This document shows, piece after piece, positions 17,424 through 27,006 of a stretch of 57,545 bases of DNA. This stretch comes from a virus. Taxonomy: Duplodnaviria; Caudoviricetes. The position numbers were made by a program, and so were the translations under genes. The notes under the pieces were generated by a model. That model had not been told where the DNA came from and did no database searches. It saw only the letters and a list, made by a program, of their open reading frames with translations. The stretch lies in IMG/VR virus record IMGVR_UViG_3300034523_000291, positions 1 through 57,545 of that record. One strand, given 5' to 3'. How positions within the stretch are numbered: position 1 is the stretch's first letter; every line of letters begins with the position of its first letter.

Positions 17424-18497
17424 TCAGACAACCCTGAGACGAGGAGGCGTTATCGGACGGTTCGGCTCGGGTTGCTCTCCTAGCACCCCTTGGAGAAGAG
17501 AGTCCATCTCATCGAGAGGAAGGTTAAGTTGATCGGCAATCGACTCCTTCGTATAGCGATCCTTCCAAAGCTCTTCAAGCACTTTTCGCCAAAGCACAGA
17601 GAATTCCCTATCCATAGATTGGGGTTCCTTTGTTCTATAGCCAGCTATTGCAATCTGCTTGCAGATCTCTCTGTAATGCCAATCAGATAAAATATTTACA
17701 TCCCTAAGGCTCCGAGCCAAAGCAGGTACAGAAACTCCCCATCTTTTCTTGCTGGCGATAATTTGTGAAATGGATCTTACTGAGGGAAGATTTGCAATCA
17801 AATCTTCCCTGGGTATCAACAGGTTAGACGCAAATGCGTCCGCATCTCGCTCAACATCAGAGCCTTCAGTATAACCATGCGCATGCATTAGCAAATGGCC
17901 CAGCTCATGAGCGGCGTCGAACCGGCTGCGTTCTGACGACTTTATGGTATTCAAAAAAATAAATGGAGTGCCATCTCTCCAAAATGAGAATGCGTCAACG
18001 TCACGACCTTCCGACAAAGTGAAGATCCGAACACCTTTAGATTCGAGAAGCTTGATCAAGTTTGGTATAGGACGGAACCCAAGGCCCCAATGACGCCTAA
18101 TTGATGCTGCAGCTGAAACTGGATCTTCATCTCTTAGATCGAGTAGGTCTTGTGTGGGAAGATTAAATTTACTTGCAACCCAGTCGTTGAATAGATACCC
18201 AAGCGCACCGCTGGCTAATGCCGCGTCTGTTTGTTTGGCAGTCATTGATTTTAGACTACGAAAACTTACCTGCTTGCTATGTAGCTCATCTACATCGTCA
18301 AGATAAAAGAACTCAACTGGATACTTTAAAGCCTTCGCTATTGCGGCTACTGTTTCTGTTGAGGGTTCAATGGTAACCCCTTTTGCTATCCTAGAGAGTG
18401 TGACTTGAGTAACTCCAGACAGCTCTGCGAGTTTTTTTTGCGTAAGCTGCCTGCGCTTTCTAGCGAAGTCGAGCCGTGAAAGATTGAGATTCGCCAT
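17424..18497 (-). CDS. XRE-HTH plus ImmA/IrrE (M78) zinc metallopeptidase
   Basis: N-terminal HTH LTQKKLAELSGV; RFDAAHELGH (HExxH); ERDADAFA. Confidence 0.9.
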   Translation of the reverse strand: MANLNLSRLDFARKRRQLTQKKLAELSGVTQVTLSRIAKGVTIEPSTETVAAIAKALKYPVEFFYLDDVDELHSKQVSFRSLKSMTAKQTDAALASGALGYLFNDWVASKFNLPTQDLLDLRDEDPVSAAASIRRHWGLGFRPIPNLIKLLESKGVRIFTLSEGRDVDAFSFWRDGTPFIFLNTIKSSERSRFDAAHELGHLLMHAHGYTEGSDVERDADAFASNLLIPREDLIANLPSVRSISQIIASKKRWGVSVPALARSLRDVNILSDWHYREICKQIAIAGYRTKEPQSMDREFSVLWRKVLEELWKDRYTKESIADQLNLPLDEMDSLLQGVLGEQPEPNRPITPPRLRVV

Positions 18498-18499
18498 CT

Positions 18500-19144
18500 T
18501 TATTTTTTCGAAATCAGAATTTCTGGCTCATCGACAATGCCTTCCGCCGCGGGAGCAGTCGCGAATTCCAGCAGGTCGATATCTTTATCAGCAACAAAAA
18601 TTCGGTCAAAGAAACCTACGAAGTGATCTTCTGTGAATGGTTTTGGCCTGGATACCTCAACCTCCAATCGTTTTGCGTTAGCCGATACGCAAACGAACCA
18701 TACCACCGGAAAGCTACCATCCGGACGACTGTCCACAACATCAGCCCTAGGGAAGAGACTTTGCGCATGAGGGGCAGCTACTAAATCACGTGTAGCCTCT
18801 CCTTTAGGTGAAATCGCTTGCGGCTCGATATCCTTGCAAGCGTGATCTACGTTTTGAAAACCCAGCATGATCCCAAGGTCGTCATTAACTACAATCTCGA
18901 TATTTCTGAAGTTGCCAGTTCTCCAACCGCTAGGAAGTGTCTCTAGGCGGAGGTGCCGAATCCCGGCCTGATAAGCTTGAGTACCAGGGAAGTTGACTGG
19001 GTCAACCCCTTCTAGGTATTCGGATCGAGCGCTCGCTGCTGCCATACCAATTTTGATGATCTGGTCAGAGGTGAGACCCAGGGCGTCAAGGCTGCGCTTA
19101 ATATCGTATGGCTGGTCGATAATACCGAGAGCATGATTGGACAT
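18500..19144 (-). CDS. Hypothetical partner of the HTH-peptidase
   Basis: Stop 2 nt before peptidase start; same reduced GC. Confidence 0.75.
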   Translation of the reverse strand: MSNHALGIIDQPYDIKRSLDALGLTSDQIIKIGMAAASARSEYLEGVDPVNFPGTQAYQAGIRHLRLETLPSGWRTGNFRNIEIVVNDDLGIMLGFQNVDHACKDIEPQAISPKGEATRDLVAAPHAQSLFPRADVVDSRPDGSFPVVWFVCVSANAKRLEVEVSRPKPFTEDHFVGFFDRIFVADKDIDLLEFATAPAAEGIVDEPEILISKK

Positions 19145-19270
19145 ATTTTCACCTGATGTTAATTTTTTCTTCCTACATTGTAGGTTAAAAAAATTAACAT
19201 GCAATGGCTGGTCGATGAGCGCGCAGGCCTTTCGGATTTACTTCAGTGATCCTGTCCGACCACAGTCGCC

Positions 19271-19513
19271 TCAAAAACGCGCGCCATAGAAGTGATTCAG
19301 CGCTATCAGTTCAACCACAGCCACGAAAACGCAGAGCACAACGAAGCCAGGGCTGAAGACCCGCTTGCGGCCGGATGAGCTCCAGCTAAGACCAGCTGCG
19401 TCGGAGTAGCCGGGGATCATCATAAGCAACGCCAGGCAAGCAATTACCCCAACCTTGCTCCAGAAGGACCGCTCTCGCCATGAGGTCGAAGGTTTTCCAA
19501 GGGCGGATGGCAT
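19271..19513 (-). CDS. Small membrane protein coupled to cI
   Basis: TGATG overlap with cI stop; two hydrophobic segments. Confidence 0.6.
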   Translation of the reverse strand: MPSALGKPSTSWRERSFWSKVGVIACLALLMMIPGYSDAAGLSWSSSGRKRVFSPGFVVLCVFVAVVELIALNHFYGARF

Positions 19514-20172
19514 CAGTAAAATTTCTGCAGCGCCTGCACAACCACGCCCACGATCCGGCAGTTCTCGTCCACCGCCTCGATCGGGTAGCTGGGGTTCAGC
19601 GGCTTCAGGAACAGTCGACCGCCATCGCTGACCAGCTTCTTGAACGTCGCTTCGTTGCTGTCTGGCAGCTTGGCTACCACCAGCTTGCCTGGGGCGACTT
19701 CGGCCTCAGTGTCCACCAGGATCAGAGTGCCTTCAGTGATGCTCTGACCGGCGGGCGCCGTCATTGAGTCACCTTTCACCTTCAGCCAAAACGCTGTGCC
19801 CTTGGAGTCGTACTCCGAAAACTCATAGCTGTCAGAGAATCCGGCCGGGTAGGGCTCAACAGCCTCCGCCCAGGCGCCGGCGGCAACCCAGCTGATTACG
19901 GGGTAGCGGAATGATTTGGTGGGCTGCGCGGCAATAGAGATATTTGACTCGGCAGCGCTTACACCTGTCATTGGCCCGGTATTTTCGGAGAGCCAAATAG
20001 CGTTCACACCACACACATGGGCGATCTTCGGCAGGTGTGCGCTTTGAAGGTTCTTTCCGGTCTCCAGCTGGGAGATTACCGGCTGCTCAACACCCACTTT
20101 TAAGGCGAGCGCCTTCTGCGTCAGCTTGGCGTGATTGCGTGCGGTTTTGATTCGTTCGGCGAGTGTGCTCAT
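19513..20172 (-). CDS. cI: CI-type repressor (HTH plus S24 peptidase)
   Basis: HTH; VAAG cleavage site; GDSM serine; TFKKL lysine. Confidence 0.93.
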   Translation of the reverse strand: MSTLAERIKTARNHAKLTQKALALKVGVEQPVISQLETGKNLQSAHLPKIAHVCGVNAIWLSENTGPMTGVSAAESNISIAAQPTKSFRYPVISWVAAGAWAEAVEPYPAGFSDSYEFSEYDSKGTAFWLKVKGDSMTAPAGQSITEGTLILVDTEAEVAPGKLVVAKLPDSNEATFKKLVSDGGRLFLKPLNPSYPIEAVDENCRIVGVVVQALQKFY

Positions 20173-20184
20173 CAGCTGGAATTT

Positions 20185-20245
20185 ATAAGTTCCCTTATCG
20201 GCTTGCAAATAAGTTTCCTTCTACTTAGGATATAAGCAGGCTTAT
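20185..20245 (+). promoter_or_regulatory. oR region: three operators and pR
   Basis: ATAAG-N4-CTTAT at 20185-20198 and 20232-20245, one-mismatch copy at 20209-20222; TTGCAA-N17-TAGGAT at 20203-20231. Confidence 0.85.
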
Positions 20246-20260
20246 CAGGAGGGTGCTCTT

Positions 20261-20473
20261 ATGACCCCTATCGAAAGGCTCGTCGACTTCTTCGGCGGGC
20301 AAACCAAAACCGCTATAGCGCTCGACGTTTCTCAAGCCGCAGTTTCGTACTGGGTTGCCGGGATTCACCCGATGCGCGCCGAAAAGGCTTTCAAGGCAGA
20401 AGAGTTGACCGGTGGAAAAATCACTGCTCGCGAGCTTTGTATTCCCGGAAAGGACGCCCAATCCGCCGCCTGA
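20261..20473 (+). CDS. cro: Cro-like repressor
   Basis: FGGQTKTAIALDVSQAAVSYW HTH; divergent from cI. Confidence 0.88.
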   Translation: MTPIERLVDFFGGQTKTAIALDVSQAAVSYWVAGIHPMRAEKAFKAEELTGGKITARELCIPGKDAQSAA

Positions 20474-20553
20474 CATCTCTGTCCGCCGTTCCATTGAGCA
20501 AATGATCGCCTCTGCACCTGCAGGGCGCCACGTAAAGAATTTCGAGGTGTTAC

Positions 20554-20979
20554 ATGCAGGACTTGATGAAGGCGATCTATGACGTTGTGGACGACCACGG
20601 GGCAGGGCGGATTGCAGAGGGCGCTAGCTTCTGTTCGAAGACGCTGCTTTCCCAAAAGGCGAACCCTGACTACGACAGCCACAAGCTGAACGTCCAGGAG
20701 CTGCACCGGATTATGAAGTTCACCCAGGACTTCCGCCCACTGAAGGCTTGGGCCGAGGCTTTCGGCTTCGACTTGGTACCGAAGGACAAGCCAGAAGGAA
20801 TCAACCTCAACACCGCGCTACTGCGCTTGCACACCGATCTGGCTGACGTGACCCGCCTTGCGTTCGACGCCCAGGCCGATGGCCGCGTTTGCACTCGCGA
20901 GAAGTCCGAGCTGCTCAAGGAGGCAGAGGAAGTGATCGTCAGCCTGGAAGTATTCAAGCAGTCCGTGAAGGCGGCCTGA
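20554..20979 (+). CDS. CII-family phage regulator
   Basis: LLSQKANPD..HKL..ADGRV..E pattern; follows cro. Confidence 0.8.
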   Translation: MQDLMKAIYDVVDDHGAGRIAEGASFCSKTLLSQKANPDYDSHKLNVQELHRIMKFTQDFRPLKAWAEAFGFDLVPKDKPEGINLNTALLRLHTDLADVTRLAFDAQADGRVCTREKSELLKEAEEVIVSLEVFKQSVKAA

Positions 20980-20990
20980 ATTACAGACAC

Positions 20991-21020
20991 AAAAAAGCCG
21001 ACGTACGAGGTCGGCTTTTT
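20991..21020 (+). terminator. Intrinsic terminator (tR-like)
   Basis: AAAAAAGCCGAC-loop-GTCGGCTTTTT. Confidence 0.75.
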
Positions 21021-21048
21021 CTACAGCAGTAAACAACTGGAGCGAATC

Positions 21049-21843
21049 ATGCACCAACACACCGAATCGATCAATAGCCCCAGCGTTCCGGCGCCACGAT
21101 TTTCGCAATCTGAAAACGTGGCGCGGACAATGTCGTCTCGGGAAATCGCTGAGCTTACCGGCAAGCGCCATTTTCATGTGACGACAGACATCGAGAGGAT
21201 GCTGACCGAACTGAAAGAAGATGCCACAGGTTTTCGTGCCATCTACCTGGACAGCATGAATCGTCAGCAGACGGAGTACCTGCTCGATCGCGAGCACACC
21301 GACTGCCTGCTGACCGGTTACAGCGCCGCTATGCGCATGACCGTGATTCGCCGCTGGCACGAACTGGAGTCGCAGGTGGCTCAGACTCAACCGCTTTCCA
21401 CCATCGAAATCCTGCAGATCGCCATGGAGTCTGAAAAGGCCCGCTTGATGCTCACTGCCCAAGTTGAGCAGCAGGCCACGAAGATCCACTCCCTGGAGAA
21501 CCTCTTCAAGGAAGGCATGACACACACCCAATTCTGCAAGGGTCTCAATGGCGTCAATGTCATGCAGGTGGGTAATTACCTGGAAGAGCGCAGTTGGCTC
21601 TACAACGAGAGCAAGTCCGGTACCCGTCACCGTGTTGGCTCGTACGCCCGCGACAAGTACATGACCGAGCACCAGGTCGAAGTCACCCCGCACGGGAAAG
21701 ATCCGTTTATCTCCTACACGCCCGTTCTGTTGAAGAAGGGCGCCGCACGCCTGTACGACCTGTACCTGGCCGGCGAGCTGCCCATGAAGAAAACCTGGGA
21801 CGGCCTGTTCACCCACGATAAAGCAGTGCGAGGTGCCGCTTGA
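21049..21843 (+). CDS. Rha family regulator with antirepressor-type C-terminal domain
   Basis: TMSSREIAELTGKRH..DI Rha motif; C-terminal KGAARLY. Confidence 0.85.
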   Translation: MHQHTESINSPSVPAPRFSQSENVARTMSSREIAELTGKRHFHVTTDIERMLTELKEDATGFRAIYLDSMNRQQTEYLLDREHTDCLLTGYSAAMRMTVIRRWHELESQVAQTQPLSTIEILQIAMESEKARLMLTAQVEQQATKIHSLENLFKEGMTHTQFCKGLNGVNVMQVGNYLEERSWLYNESKSGTRHRVGSYARDKYMTEHQVEVTPHGKDPFISYTPVLLKKGAARLYDLYLAGELPMKKTWDGLFTHDKAVRGAA

Positions 21844-22754
21844 GCATGGGCCTTATGGTAGCCGCGATGAAGCTTCGCGTCGGCAACCCATTGCGCAAGC
21901 TAGTGCTGATCAAGCTGGCTGACAACGCCAGCGACGTAGGCGAGTGCTGGCCGTCCTATCAGCATATTGCCGATCAGTGCGAGATCAGCAAGCGCTCTGT
22001 AATGAACCACATCACCGCGCTTTGTGAGGCAGGACTGCTGCGCAAGGAAATCCGAAAGGGTGGCCCGAAGGGGAACTCATCGAACGTTTACTTCCTGACC
22101 CTGGATGGTGGTGGTGCACCTCCTGCACCAGGGGTAGTGCAGCAGATTCACCAGGGTAGTGCAGCAGGTTCACCCCCTAGTGAATCTCCTGCACCAGAGG
22201 GTAGTGCAGCAGCTGCACCCAGAATCAGTAACTCTCTTGAACCAGTCATAGAACCGGTCATTGAACCAATTACGCCCCAGGCTACCGCCAAGGTCGTGAC
22301 GGGACAGGTCGTGCCATTCGTTCCCCAGCAACCACGAGTTGAGATTCCGGCCGACATGCCGGGGCCGAAAGACCAGACCTGCAAAACCTTTAAGGTCTGG
22401 GCGAACTACGCCATGGCCTACCGCAAGCGTTACGGCGCCTGGCCAGTGTGGAACGCAAAGATTGGCAAGCAGATGGCGCTGCTGGTTGACCGCCTTGGTG
22501 CTGACGTCGCCCACCACGTCGCCGCCCACTTCCTGAAAGCCAGCGATGCCGCCGTTCTGCGTAAGTGCCACAGCGTCAACGAGCTGCTGGTCAACGCCGA
22601 GAGCTATCACACCCAGTGGGTGACCGGGCAGCGCGTCAACGGCACAACTGCCCGCCAGATGGAACGAACCGAGGCCAACCTGTCCGCAGCGGAGCAGGCC
22701 GCTCAGATGGTTCTGGCCAAACGCCAAGCAGGTGACCGCAATGAATACCTCTGA
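21840..22754 (+). CDS. Replication initiator (HTH_36, O-like)
   Basis: KLVLIKLADNA..CWPSY.HIA..CEIS; internal iterons. Confidence 0.85.
   Translation: MSMGLMVAAMKLRVGNPLRKLVLIKLADNASDVGECWPSYQHIADQCEISKRSVMNHITALCEAGLLRKEIRKGGPKGNSSNVYFLTLDGGGAPPAPGVVQQIHQGSAAGSPPSESPAPEGSAAAAPRISNSLEPVIEPVIEPITPQATAKVVTGQVVPFVPQQPRVEIPADMPGPKDQTCKTFKVWANYAMAYRKRYGAWPVWNAKIGKQMALLVDRLGADVAHHVAAHFLKASDAAVLRKCHSVNELLVNAESYHTQWVTGQRVNGTTARQMERTEANLSAAEQAAQMVLAKRQAGDRNEYL
22113..22219. repeat. Replication origin iterons (5 x RGTGMA-N5-TKCACC)
   Basis: GGTGCACCTCCTGCACC, AGTGCAGCAGATTCACC, AGTGCAGCAGGTTCACC, AGTGAATCTCCTGCACC, AGTGCAGCAGCTGCACC inside the initiator gene. Confidence 0.8.
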
Positions 22755-23538
22755 AATGAATGATCAGCAGGTTGCCGGGCTGGCCGCTGCCATCTGCGCA
22801 ACCGCCGAGGCCATGGGGCAGGAAATGAACCCAGGCACCGCCGCGATGATGGCTGAAGACCTCTGCGCCTACCCGGTGCCCGTCGTCAAAGCCGCGTTGA
22901 AAGCATGTCGCTTTGAGGTGAAGGGCAAGCTGGCTATGGCTGACATCCTGCAGCGTGTTCAGACCTCCGACGGACGCCCGGGCAAGGACGAGGCCTGGGC
23001 CATCGCCATGACTACCAACGACGAATTCGAAACCGTGGTGCTGACCGACGAGATCCAGCTTGCTCTGGCCGCTGCGAAACCCATCTTGGATGGCGGTGAC
23101 AAAATCGGCGCACGCATGGCGTTTATTGACGCCTACCAGCGGTTCGTGGGCCAGTCCCGTGAGGATGCGACGCCGGTCAACTGGCACGTTTCCGTAGGCT
23201 TCGACGCCAACCGCCGAATCCAAGCTGTGACCAAGGCGATGGAGCTGAAGCGCATTCCGCGCGAACACGGCCAGAAGTACCTGGCAGACCTTAGTGTCGA
23301 GCCTGTCACCGAAGACGGACGCGCTATCGCAGGTCTGCTCACAGGCAACGTCACCCGGCCAGAGCCGGCGATTCGCCAGAAGCTGGAGCTGGTGAGGAAC
23401 TCGATGATGGAAATGCGGAAGGCCAGTGCTGAGCGGAAAACCGAAATGCGGATTGATGCGGCAAATGAGTTAGCTGATCGCCGCGCGCTGCTGATTAAGC
23501 AGGCCCGGGATCTGGAAGCGAAGAGGGCAGCGCAATGA
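22741..23538 (+). CDS. Replication accessory protein (P-position)
   Basis: Follows the initiator; DGRPG.DEAW motif. Confidence 0.65.
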   Translation: MNTSEMNDQQVAGLAAAICATAEAMGQEMNPGTAAMMAEDLCAYPVPVVKAALKACRFEVKGKLAMADILQRVQTSDGRPGKDEAWAIAMTTNDEFETVVLTDEIQLALAAAKPILDGGDKIGARMAFIDAYQRFVGQSREDATPVNWHVSVGFDANRRIQAVTKAMELKRIPREHGQKYLADLSVEPVTEDGRAIAGLLTGNVTRPEPAIRQKLELVRNSMMEMRKASAERKTEMRIDAANELADRRALLIKQARDLEAKRAAQ

Positions 23539-24050
23539 CCAAGCCAGCCAAACCCCGACCAATGCCCGTGTACCTGGTGCTGCGCCGATTGGTAGATCCA
23601 GCCACCGGCAAGGAGGTGGCCGCTTTTGTGCCGTCCTCCGACGCTGATCGGTCGATCCTTCGCGAGCGGGATTTCCGCATCAACACCAAGATCCGCGCCG
23701 ACCTCAAGCAGCCGCGCAACCCACGGTTCAACGGTTTGGTTCATGGCTTGGGCCGGGTGCTGAGCCAGAACATAGACCGGTTTTCCGGCAAGCAGTCCCA
23801 CGACGCGATCAAGGCCCTGCAACTGGAGTCTGGCGTCTACTGCGACGAGGAAGCATTCGACATACCTGGCCTGGGCCAGCTCACCCGCAAGACGCCGCGC
23901 AGCCTTTCATACGACTCGATGGGGGAGGAGACATTCCAAGACTTCTGGCGCCAATGCTGCGCGTACCTGGTGCTGCATGACTGGCCGACGCTTACCGAAG
24001 AGCGCCTGACCGAAATGGCAGAGTTCGAAGCATTCAAGGAGGCCGCATGA
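23535..24050 (+). CDS. nin-region protein (DUF1367-like)
   Basis: QPRNPRF..PRSLSYDSM.EE.F. Confidence 0.6.
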   Translation: MTKPAKPRPMPVYLVLRRLVDPATGKEVAAFVPSSDADRSILRERDFRINTKIRADLKQPRNPRFNGLVHGLGRVLSQNIDRFSGKQSHDAIKALQLESGVYCDEEAFDIPGLGQLTRKTPRSLSYDSMGEETFQDFWRQCCAYLVLHDWPTLTEERLTEMAEFEAFKEAA

Positions 24051-24682
24051 GGCGCACCCCGCTACAACGCAAAACCCCGCTCAAATCTGGCGCACCACGC
24101 CGCAAGCGCTGCCCGGAGTGCCGGGTGATGTTCGTGCCTGCGCGCAATGGGCAGGCAGTGTGCGGCGAGATCAAGTGCGCCATTGCTCATGGTCAATCGG
24201 AGAAGGGACGGGCAGTCGCCGGGAAAGCCCTGGCGGATGTAGGGCGTCGCGAGATCAAGGTCCGCAAGGAGAAGCTGAAGACCCGGGCGGCTCATCTGCG
24301 CGAAGCCCAGGCCGCAGTGAACGAGTACGTTCGCCTGCGTGACGCGCACCTGCCGTGCATCAGCTGCGACTCGACGCCGAACGACAACGACCTTATGACC
24401 GGCAGCCGCTGGGACGCTGGGCATTACCGCTCCGTTGGTGCCTGCCCGGAACTGCGCTACGAGCCGCTGAACATCCATCGTCAATGCGTGAAGTGCAACC
24501 GCAACCTGTCCGGCAATGCGGTGGAGTACCGCATCCGCCTGGTGCAGCGCATCGGCGCCGAGAAGGTGGTCTGGCTGGAAGGTCTGCACCCAGCCTGCAA
24601 GTACACCGTGGATGAGATCAAGGCCATCAAGGCCAAGTACCGGGCAATGACCAAAGAACTGAAAAAGGAGCAAGCCGCATGA
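24047..24682 (+). CDS. ninG: NinG/Rap recombination endonuclease
   Basis: RLRD..CISC..WDAGHYRS..NIHRQCVKCN. Confidence 0.9.
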   Translation: MRRTPLQRKTPLKSGAPRRKRCPECRVMFVPARNGQAVCGEIKCAIAHGQSEKGRAVAGKALADVGRREIKVRKEKLKTRAAHLREAQAAVNEYVRLRDAHLPCISCDSTPNDNDLMTGSRWDAGHYRSVGACPELRYEPLNIHRQCVKCNRNLSGNAVEYRIRLVQRIGAEKVVWLEGLHPACKYTVDEIKAIKAKYRAMTKELKKEQAA

Positions 24683-25224
24683 CCTATCGCAACGTTGTTT
24701 CAGCAGTAGTTCGAGCCCTCGCGGCCGAGACCATCAGTTCCGCCGGCGGCTGTGACTTCGAGCCCAAGGTGCAGTGCGCCAAGCAGAAGGGGGAGATCGT
24801 CGGTAAGGAGGCCGCTTTTCTCCAGGACTGCTGGGTGTTCGGCCGGCTGCACAAGGCTCTCACCCCGGCGCACTGGCGAGTACTCGTGGCGAAGTATTCC
24901 ACCCATGAGGAGCGTAAGCACGGCGCAATTCTGGAGCTTCTGCACTCGGTGAAGACGCCGGCCCCGAAGCGCTTCCGTGAATGCGCCGTGCTCACTTGGG
25001 CTATCCCGCAAGTCGCCGGTGCCGAGGGCAAGCGTTCATCTGCAGTATTGCCCGCCGCATGGTACGACATCACCAATTGGGACAACGACGGCAAGCCAGA
25101 GTCAACTCGGTACCGGTGGCGTTCGACGATTCGCAAGGTGCTGGATGACCAGGTGAACGAGGCGCTAACCGCCGCTCAGGAACTACTTGATGCGGAAGGC
25201 CTAATCGAAAGTTGTGCCGCTTAG
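24679..25224 (+). CDS. Putative late antiterminator (Q position)
   Basis: Position after ninG and before a promoter/terminator pair. Confidence 0.55.
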   Translation: MTYRNVVSAVVRALAAETISSAGGCDFEPKVQCAKQKGEIVGKEAAFLQDCWVFGRLHKALTPAHWRVLVAKYSTHEERKHGAILELLHSVKTPAPKRFRECAVLTWAIPQVAGAEGKRSSAVLPAAWYDITNWDNDGKPESTRYRWRSTIRKVLDDQVNEALTAAQELLDAEGLIESCAA

Positions 25225-25304
25225 CAAATAGACATTGCAACGAATGAGAAAGTGAGAGATTATTTATTCAATCTGTCGATCCTGCGCGTTAGGGATTCGC
25301 ATTG

Positions 25305-25333
25305 AAAGCCCAGCAAACACGCTGGGCTTTTTT
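25305..25333 (+). terminator. tR'-like terminator
   Basis: AAAGCCCAGC-loop-GCTGGGCTTTTTT. Confidence 0.8.
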
Positions 25334-25378
25334 GTGGGTGCCAAGTTGATGTATAGATGAGACTCAGTTTCCAGCCGG

Positions 25379-25879
25379 ATGGAGTCTCTAATGCACGAAT
25401 CTCAAGGTCAGACCAAAACTGTCGTAGAGGAATTGGATTTACTCAACGACAAAGCCTTCACAAAAACACAGTGGGAAGGGCGCCAGACTGATTGGCTATT
25501 GCAGTGGCTTGTTAAAAGCTCCAATCGAGCATCGCTAAGCATTGGTCTCACCTTATCTGTCGGTGGGTCAGTAATATCGGGCAAATTGATCCCCCACGCA
25601 GTGTATTTTGAGAGGCTTGCCGAAAGCTTTTCCGCCCCCTTCAGGGAGAAAGGTGATCACAATGCAGATGCGATCCAAGACATAATTCTTGGTTTCAATG
25701 TGACTCCCGGAGCTGAGTCTCCCGAAGAGGACGCCCCCTTCCAGTTCCTACACCTCGAAGATGCTAGAACCTACTTAGGTACATCGTCGTCAATTCCTGG
25801 CGAGACAGGCGCGCTTTGGCGCGGGAAAATTTCATCCATAGATGGCTTTACGCTTGGATTAATTAGTAATAACGATTAA
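25379..25879 (+). CDS. GvpU-like protein (moron)
   Basis: DWLLQWLV..IGLTLSVGG.VISG.LI..FLHL..LWRGKIS.IDGF.LG. Confidence 0.7.
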   Translation: MESLMHESQGQTKTVVEELDLLNDKAFTKTQWEGRQTDWLLQWLVKSSNRASLSIGLTLSVGGSVISGKLIPHAVYFERLAESFSAPFREKGDHNADAIQDIILGFNVTPGAESPEEDAPFQFLHLEDARTYLGTSSSIPGETGALWRGKISSIDGFTLGLISNND

Positions 25880-25953
25880 GCCATATCGATATAATCGACC
25901 GTGCAACTCACCTCTTTACGTTTATCTCGGCGCAGTTGAGCTCTGCAGTATTG

Positions 25954-25981
25954 AAGGCCCCGCGATTGCGCGGGGCTTTTT
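25954..25981 (+). terminator. Intrinsic terminator
   Basis: GCCCCGCG-loop-CGCGGGGC-TTTTT. Confidence 0.8.
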
Positions 25982-26277
25982 GCATTCAGCTCCGTTGGGC
26001 TAGCGAAGCGAGGGAAGTTGAATTTGCATAGGCGACATCTGTATTTCTTAATTCAAGCGCCCTTACCCCGATAAAGCGTGCACCGGTCCTAGACCCCTTT
26101 CGCCCGCATCTGTACCAAGCGCCAAGCTCGGAAAAAGCGAAATGTACCTGCGCTGTTTCTGCCAACGAAGGTGGCAAAAACGCTATTTAAGGAATTTTGA
26201 GAACGAATTGATGGCACATTGACTCATAGTGCCGCTGTCACTTAAGCGATCTTTCCTTAGAACTTGTTGGTCACAAA

Positions 26278-26790
26278 ATGAAGAAAATTATCCTATCGGC
26301 GTTGCTATTTTGCGCGGTCTGTAACGGCGCTCAAGCTGTAGAACTATCAGGTGCCCTCGGCGCGACTAGCCAAGGCGGCTTGACTGCCCGTACAGCACTG
26401 GGATTCAACTGGGACAAGGCATGGCTGGAAAGCTCTACAGGTAAGCTGACCGGATACTGGGACCTGGGTTATACATATTGGGAGTCGGGAAAAGAGGCTG
26501 GTGCTCGCCACTCTGTTTCCTTCTCCCCTGTGTTCGTTTACGAGTTTGGTCAAGGCGACATCAAGCCGTTCATCGAGGCCGGCGTCGGTGTTGCAATATT
26601 TTCGGGCACCAACGCTGGCGACCAGAAATTCGGATCTTCCTTCAACTTCGAAGACCGAATTGGCGCAGGCTTGAAGTTCGGTGATACGCAGAAGGTAGGT
26701 GTCCGGGTTACTCACTATTCAAACGCCGGCATCAAAGAACCGAACGATGGCATTGAGTCTTACGCACTTTTCTACAGTCATTCGATTTGA
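26278..26790 (+). CDS. pagL: Lipid A 3-O-deacylase (PagL family outer-membrane barrel)
   Basis: Signal peptide; PFIEAGVG, FNFEDRIGAG, catalytic HYSNAGIKEPNDG. Confidence 0.92.
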   Translation: MKKIILSALLFCAVCNGAQAVELSGALGATSQGGLTARTALGFNWDKAWLESSTGKLTGYWDLGYTYWESGKEAGARHSVSFSPVFVYEFGQGDIKPFIEAGVGVAIFSGTNAGDQKFGSSFNFEDRIGAGLKFGDTQKVGVRVTHYSNAGIKEPNDGIESYALFYSHSI

Positions 26791-27006
26791 TGTGCACAGG
26801 AACCCGCCACCGCGCCGGGTTTTTTATTGCCTAAATTTCCCAAAGCCCTCAGAGCCTCTGACTTGTCACGCTGATGAGAGACCTATTCAGGGCCTCGCCA
26901 TCGTGCGAGGCCTTTTCGTTTTCGGCCCCACCACACCCTTCGCTCTGAGCAGGGAGTGCTGCTGGAGCCGATTCAATTCCCAAACATGCCCCACGGAGTC
27001 GAGCGC

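Noticed and set aside
22113-22219. Short repeats as a possible novel array
   Set aside because: Explained as origin iterons inside the replication initiator gene
25880-26277. Possible tRNA or ncRNA in the late moron region
   Set aside because: No cloverleaf or T-loop consensus found by eye
26860-26925. CTGATGAG resembling a hammerhead ribozyme core
   Set aside because: No GAAA and stem III arrangement follows; the adjacent hairpin with a T-run looks like a terminator
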